Part shown: positions 17,710 through 27,062 of the stretch, one piece after another
How the letters are laid out: the number at the start of each line of letters is the position of its first letter
Position numbering within the stretch: position 1 is the first letter of the stretch
Assembly (NCBI GenBank): GCA_965222215.1
Contig: OZ244931.1
Coordinates: 259,517 to 323,516, forward strand
Direction: 5' to 3'
Source of the DNA: Alphaproteobacteria bacterium
GTDB taxonomy: Bacteria > Pseudomonadota > Alphaproteobacteria > UBA6615
DNA length: 64,000 nt
Program-made: the position numbers and the translations under genes
Notes under the pieces: model-generated
Told to the model about the DNA's origin: nothing
Databases searched by the model: none
The model's input: the letters and a program-made list of their open reading frames with translations, nothing else

Positions 17710-18747
17710 GTGCGGTCGTTCGCCCGAGCTCTCGGGGTTTTCTCCATGGCCGGACTGCTGGCCGCTACGGGCGGGCCGCCGGTGCGCGCGCAGGCGGGGT
17801 TCCATCCGGAACGAATCGCCGACGTGGTTGCGCAGGCGCAAGCCCTCGAACGCCTCAATGCCCTGATCGTCGCGCGCGGCGGCGAGGTGGCTGTTGCCGA
17901 AGCCTTCCGCGGGCCCGGCCTCGACACGCCGGTGAACGTCAAATCGGTGTCCAAGTCAGTCATCGCGGCGCTGGTCGGCATCGCGATCGACCGGGGCGTG
18001 CTCGAAGGCCCTGATCAGACGGTCGGAGATTTGCTTGCCGACCGGATTCCGCCGGGGGCGGACCGCGGTGTGGCGGAGATCACCGTCGGCAACCTCCTGT
18101 CGCTGCAGTCGGGCCTCGACCGCACATCGGGGCGCAACTACGGGCGCTGGGTGCAGAGCGACGACTGGGTCGCGCATGTGTTGTCGCGCCCCTTCGTCGA
18201 CCGGCCCGGCGGGCGAATGCTCTATTCCACCGGGAACACGCATCTTCTGTCGGCGATCCTCACGCGCGCGTCGGGCCGCAGCACGCTGGCGCTGGCACGG
18301 GCGTGGCTCGGCACGCCCCTCGGGATCGATATTCCGGCCTGGGACCGTGATCCGCAGGGTATCTATCTGGGCGGCAACAACATGGCGTTCTCGCCGCGCG
18401 ACCTGCTCCGCTTTGGAGAGACCTACCGGCGCGGCGGCGTGTTCGATGGCGAACGGGTTCTGTCCGAGGACTGGGTTCGAACCTCATGGACGCCGCGCAC
18501 CCGCTCGCCGTTCTCGGGTGATGCCTACGGCTTTGGCTGGTTCCTGCGCGATGCCGGCGGCGGGCGACTGGCGGCCTACGCGCGCGGCTTCGGCGGCCAG
18601 TTCGTGATCGTTGTGCCTTCGCTGGAGATGACCGTGGTCGTCACGTCCAGCACAGGCACGCGCCTGCGCACGGACGGCTACGGCGATGCGCTATGGTCGC
18701 TGGTCGAGGACGGACTCATACCCGCCGCGCTGGCTGACTACCAGTAG
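17710..18747 (+). CDS. Serine hydrolase / beta-lactamase-family protein (class C-like, secreted).
   Basis: Signal peptide, SxxK motif (SVSKS) and a YxN-like element. The 3' end overlaps ycbK convergently by ~10 nt. Confidence 0.8.
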   Translation: MRSFARALGVFSMAGLLAATGGPPVRAQAGFHPERIADVVAQAQALERLNALIVARGGEVAVAEAFRGPGLDTPVNVKSVSKSVIAALVGIAIDRGVLEGPDQTVGDLLADRIPPGADRGVAEITVGNLLSLQSGLDRTSGRNYGRWVQSDDWVAHVLSRPFVDRPGGRMLYSTGNTHLLSAILTRASGRSTLALARAWLGTPLGIDIPAWDRDPQGIYLGGNNMAFSPRDLLRFGETYRRGGVFDGERVLSEDWVRTSWTPRTRSPFSGDAYGFGWFLRDAGGGRLAAYARGFGGQFVIVVPSLEMTVVVTSSTGTRLRTDGYGDALWSLVEDGLIPAALADYQ

Positions 18748-19310
18748 CGGACCCGTCCCACGTCGACATGGACGAAGGCCGACTTGTAGTAGGCGCCGAC
18801 GCCGCCGAGCCTGAGCGACTTCGCGGCCCTGTGCACCTCTTTCGTGGACCGGTCGCCGACGCGGATGTCGATCGCCATGCCCTTCATGTGCAGGCTCTTC
18901 CGCGCGACGCCGCCGCTCTTGGTGGCGAGCCTGGCATTGGTCTTCGGCGACCGGTAGCCGGAGATCACCCGAAACTCCGCGTCGGTGTCGAGCTTCCCGC
19001 GCAGCTCATGCAGCAGGTCCATCAGCTTCGGGTCAATCGGATACACCTCACCGGTGCGGTGATCGCGCAGGTGGCGGTTGATCTCCGTCAGCGCGTCGGG
19101 GATATATTCTCCGTTTTCCCAGAACGTCGTGCGAAGCGTCTCGCCCGTGTGAAGGTGCCGGAAATCCAGCGTTTTCGGCCGAACGAACGCCGCCTGCGCG
19201 ATCGATGGAACGATCGCAGGCGCGGCAAACGCCGCTGCGCCGGCAAGAAAATTGCGGCGGCCGAGCGCGATGGAATCGCCGATCCCGCCAACGACACCCG
19301 TTTTCCCCAT
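18738..19310 (-). CDS. DUF882 (YcbK-family, peptidase M15-like) protein with a Tat signal.
   Basis: Twin-arginine motif RRNFLAG. Conserved core HMKGMAIDIRV. Confidence 0.85.
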   Translation of the reverse strand: MGKTGVVGGIGDSIALGRRNFLAGAAAFAAPAIVPSIAQAAFVRPKTLDFRHLHTGETLRTTFWENGEYIPDALTEINRHLRDHRTGEVYPIDPKLMDLLHELRGKLDTDAEFRVISGYRSPKTNARLATKSGGVARKSLHMKGMAIDIRVGDRSTKEVHRAAKSLRLGGVGAYYKSAFVHVDVGRVRYW

Positions 19311-19463
19311 GCTCTTTCCCCAATCCTGAACGGAGCAAAATTCGGTTGCGGGCCTTTTAGGGCGATTGTCGCTCGGCGTGAAGTATCAAAAGTTAATTCA
19401 CGTCGGAAATCGCAATCCTGCCACGTTTCGCGATGCGCCGGGCTGCGCTGTCCCGCACCGGCT

Positions 19464-21080
19464 TCATGTTTTTTTCAACGCGGCCGCGAGGTCGCGGTCG
19501 CGTCCGTAGATATCCTTTCGGAAGTGGACAGTCCCGTCTTCGCCGGTCCAGGCCGTGAAATAGGCGAGATGCACGGGCACCGGCTCGGCGAGGCGCACGA
19601 TGCGGGTCTCGGTTCCGGCCAGTGCCGCGTTCAGCGCGTCTGTCGTCGGTTCGGTTTGCGTCGAGAGGAGAAATTCGGCCAGGGCCCTCGCATCCTCGAC
19701 GCGGATACAGCCCGAACTGAAGGTGCGGACCTCCCGTCCGAAGAGTTCGCGTGCCGGCGAATCGTGCAGGTAGACGTCGTGCTTGTTGGGGAACATGAAC
19801 TTGATGCGCCCGAGCGCGTTCTTCGTGCCCGGGTCCTGGCGGAGCTTGTAGGGAAAGCCGCCTTTGTCCAGGGCGTTCCAGTCGATGCGTTGCGGATCGA
19901 GCCTGCGCGCGTCTGCGCCCCAGCCGTCGAGCACCGCGAAGCCCTCGCTTGCAAGGTAGCCGAGGTCGGCCCTGATCTTCGGGAGCAGATCTTTCACGGC
20001 AATTGTCGGCGGGACGTGCCAGTAGGGGTTCACCTCCATGTACCGGATTGCGTCCGAGAAGACCGGTGTGCGGCGGTATTCGCGCCCGACCACCACGCGC
20101 ATGCGCTTGCGGATCGTGCCGTTCACCACGCCGTGGAGTTCGAAGGCCGCAATGTTGACCAGCACATGCCGGGTGCCGAGATCGTCCGGCATCCAGCGCC
20201 AGCGCTCCATGTTCCACTTGATCTGGGAAATCCTGTTCTCGACCGGAACGTTGAGCGCGGCGAGCGTCGCCGGCCCGACGATGCCGTCCGCGTCCAGGCC
20301 GTGGCGCGTCTGGAACGTGCTCACGGCCTGCGTCAGGGAATGGTCGAATGTCTCCCCGGTCGTATCGGAGCCGGGCAGGTCCTCTGTCGCCGCCAGCCGC
20401 GTTCGCAGCGCCGCCACGCGCGGGCCGGCGGTGCCCGCCTCCAGCTTCGGACCGGAGGAAACGGCCGACCAGCCGCCGCGCCCGGCGATTCGCCGGTAGG
20501 CCGCGAGACTGTCTCGGAGATTGCGGTAGACCGGATTGGCCGGCGCGTACCGGGCGGCGACCGACCGGATATCGTCCCCTGCGACGAGACGCTCCAGCGC
20601 TTCGGCGAGATCGAACGCCGGGTGGGCCACGAACAGATCCGGGTCGAGCCGCGCGGGGGCGACCCGCCCCGTGCGCAGGTCGCCCAGGTACCGGAGCAGC
20701 GCATCGGACAGCGCGATCTCGAACCGGGCCGCCGCGGCGCGATTCTCGAATCTCTCCGCGGGCGCGCCGGCGATCCGGTAATCCTCCGGCTCGAGGCCCT
20801 CGATGTCCGCGCGCCGAAGGAGTTCGCGCGCGGCCCCGGCCTTCTCGCTCGGGCGACGCGCATCGCTCCAGTGGAGCTTGAAATCGCGCGCGGCGTAGAA
20901 TTCGCGGATCGCGGCGAGCCGGTCCGTTGCCGGTCCGGCGTCGACCGCGCCGACGCTCGCGGCGAGCTGCTCCTGGAGTTCGCGTTCTCCCGCCGCCGAG
21001 GTCGGGGCAGCCGAAAGCACGGCCCAGCCGAGCAGGAAACAGGAAAGAACGCGCATCCGCGTGCGTATATTGTGTGACAT
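19464..21080 (-). CDS. L,D-transpeptidase, YcbB-like, with a peptidoglycan-binding domain.
   Basis: YkuD catalytic region (HDSP...SSGCIRV). PG-binding repeat (TFQTRHGLDADGIVGPATLAALN). Signal peptide. Confidence 0.85.
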   Translation of the reverse strand: MSHNIRTRMRVLSCFLLGWAVLSAAPTSAAGERELQEQLAASVGAVDAGPATDRLAAIREFYAARDFKLHWSDARRPSEKAGAARELLRRADIEGLEPEDYRIAGAPAERFENRAAAARFEIALSDALLRYLGDLRTGRVAPARLDPDLFVAHPAFDLAEALERLVAGDDIRSVAARYAPANPVYRNLRDSLAAYRRIAGRGGWSAVSSGPKLEAGTAGPRVAALRTRLAATEDLPGSDTTGETFDHSLTQAVSTFQTRHGLDADGIVGPATLAALNVPVENRISQIKWNMERWRWMPDDLGTRHVLVNIAAFELHGVVNGTIRKRMRVVVGREYRRTPVFSDAIRYMEVNPYWHVPPTIAVKDLLPKIRADLGYLASEGFAVLDGWGADARRLDPQRIDWNALDKGGFPYKLRQDPGTKNALGRIKFMFPNKHDVYLHDSPARELFGREVRTFSSGCIRVEDARALAEFLLSTQTEPTTDALNAALAGTETRIVRLAEPVPVHLAYFTAWTGEDGTVHFRKDIYGRDRDLAAALKKT

Positions 21081-21121
21081 GGCGCGTTATATGGGTCGCG
21101 CCGGGCCGGGTTTCACGGGGC

Positions 21122-21748
21122 TCAGGGCGTTTTCGTCTTCTCCGCGCCCGCGGCGTCCATCAGTTGCTCCAGCACCTCGTAGGGCTGGGCACCGACGACG
21201 CCCTTGCCGTCCGCGACGTAGGTCGGCACGCCGGTTACGCCATACTGGCGTGATTTCTCCCAGTCGGCGTCGACCGCCGCCTCGAAAGTCCGGTTCTCCA
21301 GCACATCGCGTGCGGCCGCTCCGTCGAGTCCCACGCCTTCGGCGATCTCCACGAGAAGGTCGATATCGCCGATGTTCTTCTTGTCGACGAAATAGGCCTG
21401 GAACAGCTTCATGTGGATGGCATCGCCGCCGGGCTGGGTGTCGGCCCACTTGCCGAGCTCCTGCGCGAGCCGGCTGTTGTAGGTGTGGGTCCGTTCCGCG
21501 TAGGGCAGGCCCTCCTCGTCCATCAGGCCCTTCATGCGTTGGTACATGGCGTCGAGGTCGACGTCGCGCCCGGCGAACAGTTCGGCCAGCGACTTGCCCT
21601 CCATCGGGGTATCCGGGTGGAGCGGGAAGTGGACGGTCCGGATGTCGACGTCGTAGGTCTCGCGGATTTTTTCAACACGCCCGGTGCTGAGGTAACACCA
21701 CGGTCAGACGTAGTCCGAGAAGACCTCGAGAACGATGGGATCGGACAT
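21122..21748 (-). CDS. DsbA/FrnE-like thiol-disulfide oxidoreductase with in-frame TGA at 21704-21706, aligned to the first Cys of the CPWC motif. Candidate selenoprotein, or else a pseudogene.
   Basis: Reading upstream of the track ORF (21122-21604) in the same frame gives MSDPIVLEVFSDYV-[TGA]-PWCYLSTGRVEKIRETYDVDIRTVHFPLHPDTP-MEGKS... That matches FrnE/DsbA N-termini (SDIACPWCYIG). ATG at 21748. The total of 208 aa is normal for the family. Confidence 0.55.
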
Positions 21749-21841
21749 AGGGAATGCCTTTCGATTCGAATGAGCGCCAACAATAGCAGATTCTCCGCTG
21801 CGACGGTTAGGATGGCCCCAACACAAAACAGGGAGCCGAAC

Positions 21842-22285
21842 ATGTCCGAACTCACCGTGCCGTCGCGCAAACTGACCCATGACGGGGTCCGCAAGCTGAT
21901 CGATGCCGCCGTCGCCGCCGCCGACGAAATGGGCGTGCCCATGGGCATCGCCGTCGCCAACGACGGCGCACGGGTCGTCGGCTACCTGCTGATGGACGGT
22001 GCCCGGGTGCTGGCGATGGAATCGGCCAGCGCCAAGGCGATGACGGCGGCCAACCACCGAATGCCGACCCATGCCATTCCCTACGATGTCGGCATGGGGC
22101 TGGCGGTCTCGACCCGGGGGAAGGTGATTCCGCTCAAGGGCGGGGTGCCGATTGTCCTCGACGGCCATTGCGTCGGCGGGATCGGCTGCGGATCGGGCAC
22201 CGGCGAGCAGGATCTCGTGGTGGCCAGGGCCGCGCTTGCGGCCATCGGCGCCGAGATTCCCGACGACGACGTGAAGGAAGGCTAG
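21842..22285 (+). CDS. GlcG/HbpS-like (DUF336) heme-binding protein.
   Basis: SD AGGGAG before the ATG. Conserved GGxP/GGIG core (GGVPIVLDGHCVGGIGCGSG). Confidence 0.8.
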   Translation: MSELTVPSRKLTHDGVRKLIDAAVAAADEMGVPMGIAVANDGARVVGYLLMDGARVLAMESASAKAMTAANHRMPTHAIPYDVGMGLAVSTRGKVIPLKGGVPIVLDGHCVGGIGCGSGTGEQDLVVARAALAAIGAEIPDDDVKEG

Positions 22286-23508
22286 GCGGCGCGTCGTTTG
22301 CGGACCAGCACCGCGAAGAACAGCCACGACAGGAAGGTGCACCCCAGCATGACGGCGCCGACCTGGAGGAACGACGTCTGGGTCAGGGTCGAGACAACGA
22401 CCGTCGCGATCGCCCCGCCGCCCATCTGGACGAAGCCGCCCAGCGCGGCAGCGGAGCCGGCGGCGGCCGGCTCCACGGCGGTGAGCGCGCCGGCCAGGCT
22501 GTTCGGCACGAGAAACCCCGATCCGACGGAGTAGAAAAACAGCGGCGCAATCAGCGCATAGGGCGAGTCCATGCCCGACAGCGACAGGCCGACCAGCGCG
22601 GCGGTGCACAGGCTGGCGACGATCGCCCCGGCGGGGATCATCCGGTCGCGCGAAATGCGCTGGGAGACGCGGCTGGAGATGTAGTTGCCGACAACGTAGC
22701 CGGCGGGAACGGACATGATGAACAGCCACAGGTCTTCGGGCGATACCCCCATGATCACGATCAGGGCGAACGGCGCGCCGGCCAGGAAGGACTGGAACGC
22801 CGCGCCCATCGAGGCCGTCGACAGGCTGTAGCCCATGAACCGCCCCATGCGGAGCAGGCGCAGATAGGTCCGTGCCAGGGCCTCGACCTGGGTGAACCGC
22901 CGGCTCCCGACGGGCAGCGTTTCCTCCAGCGTGACGAACGTCGCCAGCAGGGTTGCCGCGCCGAGCCCGGCGGTGAACCAGAAGCTCGCCTCCCAGCCAA
23001 AGCCCGTTTCGAGTTGCCCGCCCAGCAGCGGCGCCAGCATCGGCGCGAGCGCCAGCGACATGCCGAGATAGGCCATTGCACGGGTCGCGGCCGGGCCGTC
23101 GGTGGTGTCGCGCACGATGGCGCGTGCCACCACGATACAGGCGCACCCCCCGATCGCCTGGACGACGCGCGCGGCGATCAGCCAGCCGATAGTGGGCGCC
23201 AGCGCGCAACCGGCGCTGGCGAGCGTGAACAGGATCAGCCCCGCGATCAGCGGCCGCCGCCGCCCGATCGCATCCGAGAGCGGACCGACCACGAGTTGGG
23301 CGAGCGCGAAGGCGCCGAGATAGGCCGACACGGTCATCTGTACGAGGGCCTGGCTGGTGCCCAGATCGCCCGCCATGGACGGCAGCGAGGGCAGGAAGAT
23401 CGTGATCGCCACCTGGCTGGTCACCATCAGTGTCACGAGCAGGGCCATCGGGGCGCGTGGCGCGGCCGTGACATTCGGGTCTGGGTCTGAAACAGGCGAA
23501 CGTGGCAT
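22282..23508 (-). CDS. MFS transporter, Bcr/CflA drug-resistance subfamily.
   Basis: Twelve TM helices with MFS loops. The ORF-track N-terminal 124 aa are R/P-rich and probably untranslated. The start could instead be ATG 23508 or ATG 23448. Confidence 0.75.
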   Translation of the reverse strand: MPRSPVSDPDPNVTAAPRAPMALLVTLMVTSQVAITIFLPSLPSMAGDLGTSQALVQMTVSAYLGAFALAQLVVGPLSDAIGRRRPLIAGLILFTLASAGCALAPTIGWLIAARVVQAIGGCACIVVARAIVRDTTDGPAATRAMAYLGMSLALAPMLAPLLGGQLETGFGWEASFWFTAGLGAATLLATFVTLEETLPVGSRRFTQVEALARTYLRLLRMGRFMGYSLSTASMGAAFQSFLAGAPFALIVIMGVSPEDLWLFIMSVPAGYVVGNYISSRVSQRISRDRMIPAGAIVASLCTAALVGLSLSGMDSPYALIAPLFFYSVGSGFLVPNSLAGALTAVEPAAAGSAAALGGFVQMGGGAIATVVVSTLTQTSFLQVGAVMLGCTFLSWLFFAVLVRKRRAA

Positions 23509-23552
23509 ACGTTGATCCGGATACGAACCGAGCCGGCTCGACGGGGTGTGAG

Positions 23553-24023
23553 ATGAACTGGATATTGTTTGCGAGATCGCGAATTCTACGGGGCGCACTG
23601 CCGCTTGTCGCCCTTGCGCTGGCCGGTTGTGCGGCCGCGCCGGCCGTCTCGATGCTTTCACCGGCGGTGAGCGGCGCACCCGTCGTCGCCGACTTTCTCG
23701 GCGGGGACGTGAGCGAAAGTTACTGGGCCGCGCGGCGCCCGAATGTCGTGGCGGCGGCCGGGCGCGCGGGCTCGGCGCTCGGGCTTGACCTGACGCGCGA
23801 CGCGCACAGCGACGAGCGTGTCCTGCTGGTATATGCCGACCGGACGGAGAAGGACGTGGTTCGTCTGCGGATCGAGTCACGGACCGATATCCTGACCTAT
23901 ATCCGCATCAACGCCGATGCCGGCCTTGCGCGGCTGATGAGCCGGCAGATTCTCGAAGAACTGAAAAGCGCCGATGCCTTCGTCGTCACGTGGGAGGGGG
24001 AGGGCGGCGCCACGTCGCGCTAG
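23553..24023 (+). CDS. Hypothetical lipoprotein.
   Basis: Lipobox LALAGC. GGGG upstream of the ATG. Confidence 0.5.
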   Translation: MNWILFARSRILRGALPLVALALAGCAAAPAVSMLSPAVSGAPVVADFLGGDVSESYWAARRPNVVAAAGRAGSALGLDLTRDAHSDERVLLVYADRTEKDVVRLRIESRTDILTYIRINADAGLARLMSRQILEELKSADAFVVTWEGEGGATSR

Positions 24024-24340
24024 ACGGCGCGAGCTGTAGGCGAGACTTCCGTTGATGTCCCACAGGGCGCCGGAAACGTAGCTCTCGCCGGACGTGAGCA
24101 GAAAGGCCGTCGGCCGGAGCAGGGTGCCTTCCATCATCGGCGTGTCGATGGGCCCCGGGGAAGATTGCGTGAGGGGTACCGAAGCACAAAAAAGCGTTGC
24201 GGAAACAAACGGCTGCGCCGCTTGCTGGTTGCGTTCGTATCGCCGCCTTGAAATCGCCTTTTGGCGTTATGCCGTGCGCCACCACATCGAACCGACATTG
24301 CCGGCCGCGCGGACGGCCCGGGATCGAGGGGAGATCGGCG

Positions 24341-26989
24341 ATGAATTTTCTTCTGGTTGTGGTCCTGCTGGTTCTGATCGGCGGACCGATCGCCGGCATC
24401 GTGGCCTGGGTCAAGGTACGCAGGCTCGAACGCGAGGTTCACCGGATGAGGCTGGCGCTGGGATTGCCGGAGTTCGCCGATCCGCCGCCTGCGCCCGCGC
24501 AGCCCGTATCGACCGAGGTCTCCGAAGCGGAAAAGCCGCGCGAATCGGATAAACCCGCCCCGTCGTCCGCCGCGTTGCCGGTGCCTTCCCCCGCACATAC
24601 CGTGGTGCGGCGCGGCGTCGATTTCGAACGCCTGTTCGGCACGCGCCTTGCGGTCTGGCTCGGCGGCCTGGCCCTCGCGGTGGGCGGGTTGTTCCTCGTC
24701 AAATACTCCATCGACCAGGGCCTGCTGACGCCGCTCAACCGGGTCATCCTCGGCGGCATCGCCGGCCTGGCCCTGCTGCTGGCCGGCGGGCTGGTGCGCG
24801 AGCGGCCGCGGATCGCGAACGGGCGGCGCATTGCCCAGGCGCTGACCGGGGCCGGCATTGCCGTGCTGTACGTGTCGCTGTTCGCCGCCAGCGATCTCTA
24901 CGGGCTGCTGCCGCCGGCCTTCGCGTTCATCGGCATGGTCGTGACCACGGTTTGCGCCGTCGGCCTGTCGATCCGCCAGGGGATGCCCGTGGCGGTGCTC
25001 GGTATCGTCGGCGGCTACGCGACGCCATTACTCGTCGGTGCGGCGGAGCCGAACAGCACCGTCCTGTTCACGTACCTGTTCTTCCTGTTCGCGGGCCTTC
25101 TCGCGGTCGTGCGACAGCGCGGCTGGTGGCCGTTGGCAATGGTCAGCCTGGCGGGTGCGCTGATGTGGGTGCCGCTGTTCCTGAGAAGCGGCGCGGACGC
25201 CGAACCGGTGATCCTGATCGGCTACCTCGTGGCCGTGGCCGCCGTGGCGCTCGCCGGGAGCTGGTATGTCTATCGCGACACGTTGAATGCCCTGTCGCGT
25301 ATGGAGGACCTGCAGCGCAGTGTCCCGTTCTGGTTCACCTGGGGCGCGATTCTGGGTGTGGTCGCGCTTGCGGGTGTCGTCGTCGGGCACGCCGGCTACG
25401 GGTTGGACGCGTGGCTGATGTTCGCCGTCGTCGCGGCGGCGGCTGTCGGCCTGATGGTGCTCGACGCGCGGCTGTACGGTCCGGCGGCGCTGGCGGCCGG
25501 TGCCGTCACGATGACGGTGCTGCTGTCCTGGCTGCCGGATGCACGCGCGGGCGACCTCTGGTACGCCGCCGTATTCGGTCTCGGGTTCGTGGCCAGCGGG
25601 TATGCGGCGCTGGCCCGCGTGAACCGGCCGCTGTATCCCGCCATCCTCACGGGCAGCGCCAGTCTCGCCTTCTACCTGTTCGCTTTCTTCCAGGCGCGCG
25701 ACCTGGGGGTCGAGGCGCCGTTTCCGCTCTTCTGGGGCCTGCTGGCGTTCGCCATCGCCGGTGGCGCGATCGTCGCCCTGCGGTTCGTGATGGAAAAACC
25801 GGGTGCGCCGGACGGCGGGCCGACGCGCACGCGTGACTATATGGTCGCGATCTTCGCGGTGGTTGCGGCGGCCAACATCGCGTTCGGGCTGACCGTGGAG
25901 ATCGAGCAGCAGTTTCTGGGCATCGCCTTCGCCGCCCAGCTTCTGGCGGTGGCTTGGATCAACGCGCGCCTGCGCCTGAAGGTTCTCGACGGCATCGCGC
26001 TGGCCCTGTCGGCGGTGTTCGCCGTGCTGCTGGTACCCCAGATGCTGCTGCTGGTCCGCCTGTCCGTCGTCGGCCTCGTCGGCACCGACCTGAACATCCA
26101 GGAATCGGTGCCCATCGTGGATTCGCCGATCTTCCAGCTCGGCCTGCCGGCGGCGCTGTTCCTGTTCACGGCGCGCGAGCTGCGCCGCGCCCGGGACGGC
26201 CGATTCGTGTTCTGTCTGGAGGCGGCGGCCATCGGCCTCGCCGGGTTGATGGGCTACTACCTGACCCGCCACGCCTTCAACATCGACGCGAACGTCCTGC
26301 TGGTCGAGGCCGGGTTCCTCGAACGGGGCGTGACGACCAGCGTGCTGTTCGCCTTCGGGCTGGCCTGCCTGTGGCTGGGCCGTCGTTTCGCCCGCCCGGC
26401 GTTTTCGTGGAGCGGCGTGGCGCTCGCCGGGGTGGCGATCTTCCGGGTCGTCTATTTCGACATATTGTTCGCCAACCCGGTCTGGTCCCCGGACCCGGTG
26501 GGCGGCTGGGCGGTCCTCAACCCGTTGCTGCTGCCCTTCGGCCTGACGGCTGGTTTCGCGTGGCTGCTGTCGCGCGAGCTGGTCCATCTGGATCGTGCGC
26601 GCTGGTCGGTGTGGCTTCGCGCCTTCACGGTGTTCCTGCTGTTCGTGCTTGTCACCATGAACGTCCGCCATATCTTCCACGCGCCGCTGCTCGACGGTCC
26701 CTTCGCCGGGAACGCGGAGATCTACGCCTACTCGGTCGTCTGGCTGCTCTTCGGGCTCGCGTTACTCGGGGTCGGATTCCGGACCCGCGACCGCATGGTG
26801 CGTTTCGCGTCGCTCGCGGTGATGCTGCTGGCCGTCGGCAAGGTGTTCCTGTTCGACGCGGCGGAGACGGAGGGCCTGTTCCGGGTGCTCTCGTTCGTGG
26901 CGCTGGGCCTCAGCCTGATCGGTCTCAGCCTGTTCTACACGCGCTATGTCCTGCGGCAGGACGACCGGAAAAACCTCCCCCCTGCCTGA
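24341..26989 (+). CDS. DUF2339-like large polytopic membrane protein (~880 aa, more than 25 TM helices).
   Basis: SD GGGGAG before ATG 24341. A short cytoplasmic N-terminus with an amphipathic helix is followed by an A/P-rich linker and then many TM helices. Confidence 0.7.
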   Translation: MNFLLVVVLLVLIGGPIAGIVAWVKVRRLEREVHRMRLALGLPEFADPPPAPAQPVSTEVSEAEKPRESDKPAPSSAALPVPSPAHTVVRRGVDFERLFGTRLAVWLGGLALAVGGLFLVKYSIDQGLLTPLNRVILGGIAGLALLLAGGLVRERPRIANGRRIAQALTGAGIAVLYVSLFAASDLYGLLPPAFAFIGMVVTTVCAVGLSIRQGMPVAVLGIVGGYATPLLVGAAEPNSTVLFTYLFFLFAGLLAVVRQRGWWPLAMVSLAGALMWVPLFLRSGADAEPVILIGYLVAVAAVALAGSWYVYRDTLNALSRMEDLQRSVPFWFTWGAILGVVALAGVVVGHAGYGLDAWLMFAVVAAAAVGLMVLDARLYGPAALAAGAVTMTVLLSWLPDARAGDLWYAAVFGLGFVASGYAALARVNRPLYPAILTGSASLAFYLFAFFQARDLGVEAPFPLFWGLLAFAIAGGAIVALRFVMEKPGAPDGGPTRTRDYMVAIFAVVAAANIAFGLTVEIEQQFLGIAFAAQLLAVAWINARLRLKVLDGIALALSAVFAVLLVPQMLLLVRLSVVGLVGTDLNIQESVPIVDSPIFQLGLPAALFLFTARELRRARDGRFVFCLEAAAIGLAGLMGYYLTRHAFNIDANVLLVEAGFLERGVTTSVLFAFGLACLWLGRRFARPAFSWSGVALAGVAIFRVVYFDILFANPVWSPDPVGGWAVLNPLLLPFGLTAGFAWLLSRELVHLDRARWSVWLRAFTVFLLFVLVTMNVRHIFHAPLLDGPFAGNAEIYAYSVVWLLFGLALLGVGFRTRDRMVRFASLAVMLLAVGKVFLFDAAETEGLFRVLSFVALGLSLIGLSLFYTRYVLRQDDRKNLPPA

Positions 26990-27062
26990 CATGCGCCTTG
27001 ACCGTTGCGCCGCGCGAAATTTCCCCGCAGGCTTGCGCTCTGATTTCTTTCGGGGGGACGAT

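Noticed and set aside
18470-18490. A GGTTCGAACC T-arm-like motif, suggesting a tRNA.
   Set aside because: It lies inside the serine-hydrolase coding sequence with no acceptor or anticodon arm context. No tRNA-like cloverleaf was found anywhere in the window.
19440-19500. A GC-rich stem (GCGGCCGCGAGGTCGCGGTCGCG) adjacent to a T/A run near the ldt 3' end, considered as a terminator.
   Set aside because: The stem lies inside the L,D-transpeptidase coding region. The poly-T lies 5' of the stem on the plus strand, and on the minus strand an A-run, not a U-run, follows the stem. Neither orientation works as an intrinsic terminator.
21087-21690. ORFs 21061-21690 (+) and 21087-21449 (-) overlapping the DsbA-like gene.
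   Set aside because: They are Arg/Pro-rich, have no domain, and overlap a gene with strong family-level conservation.
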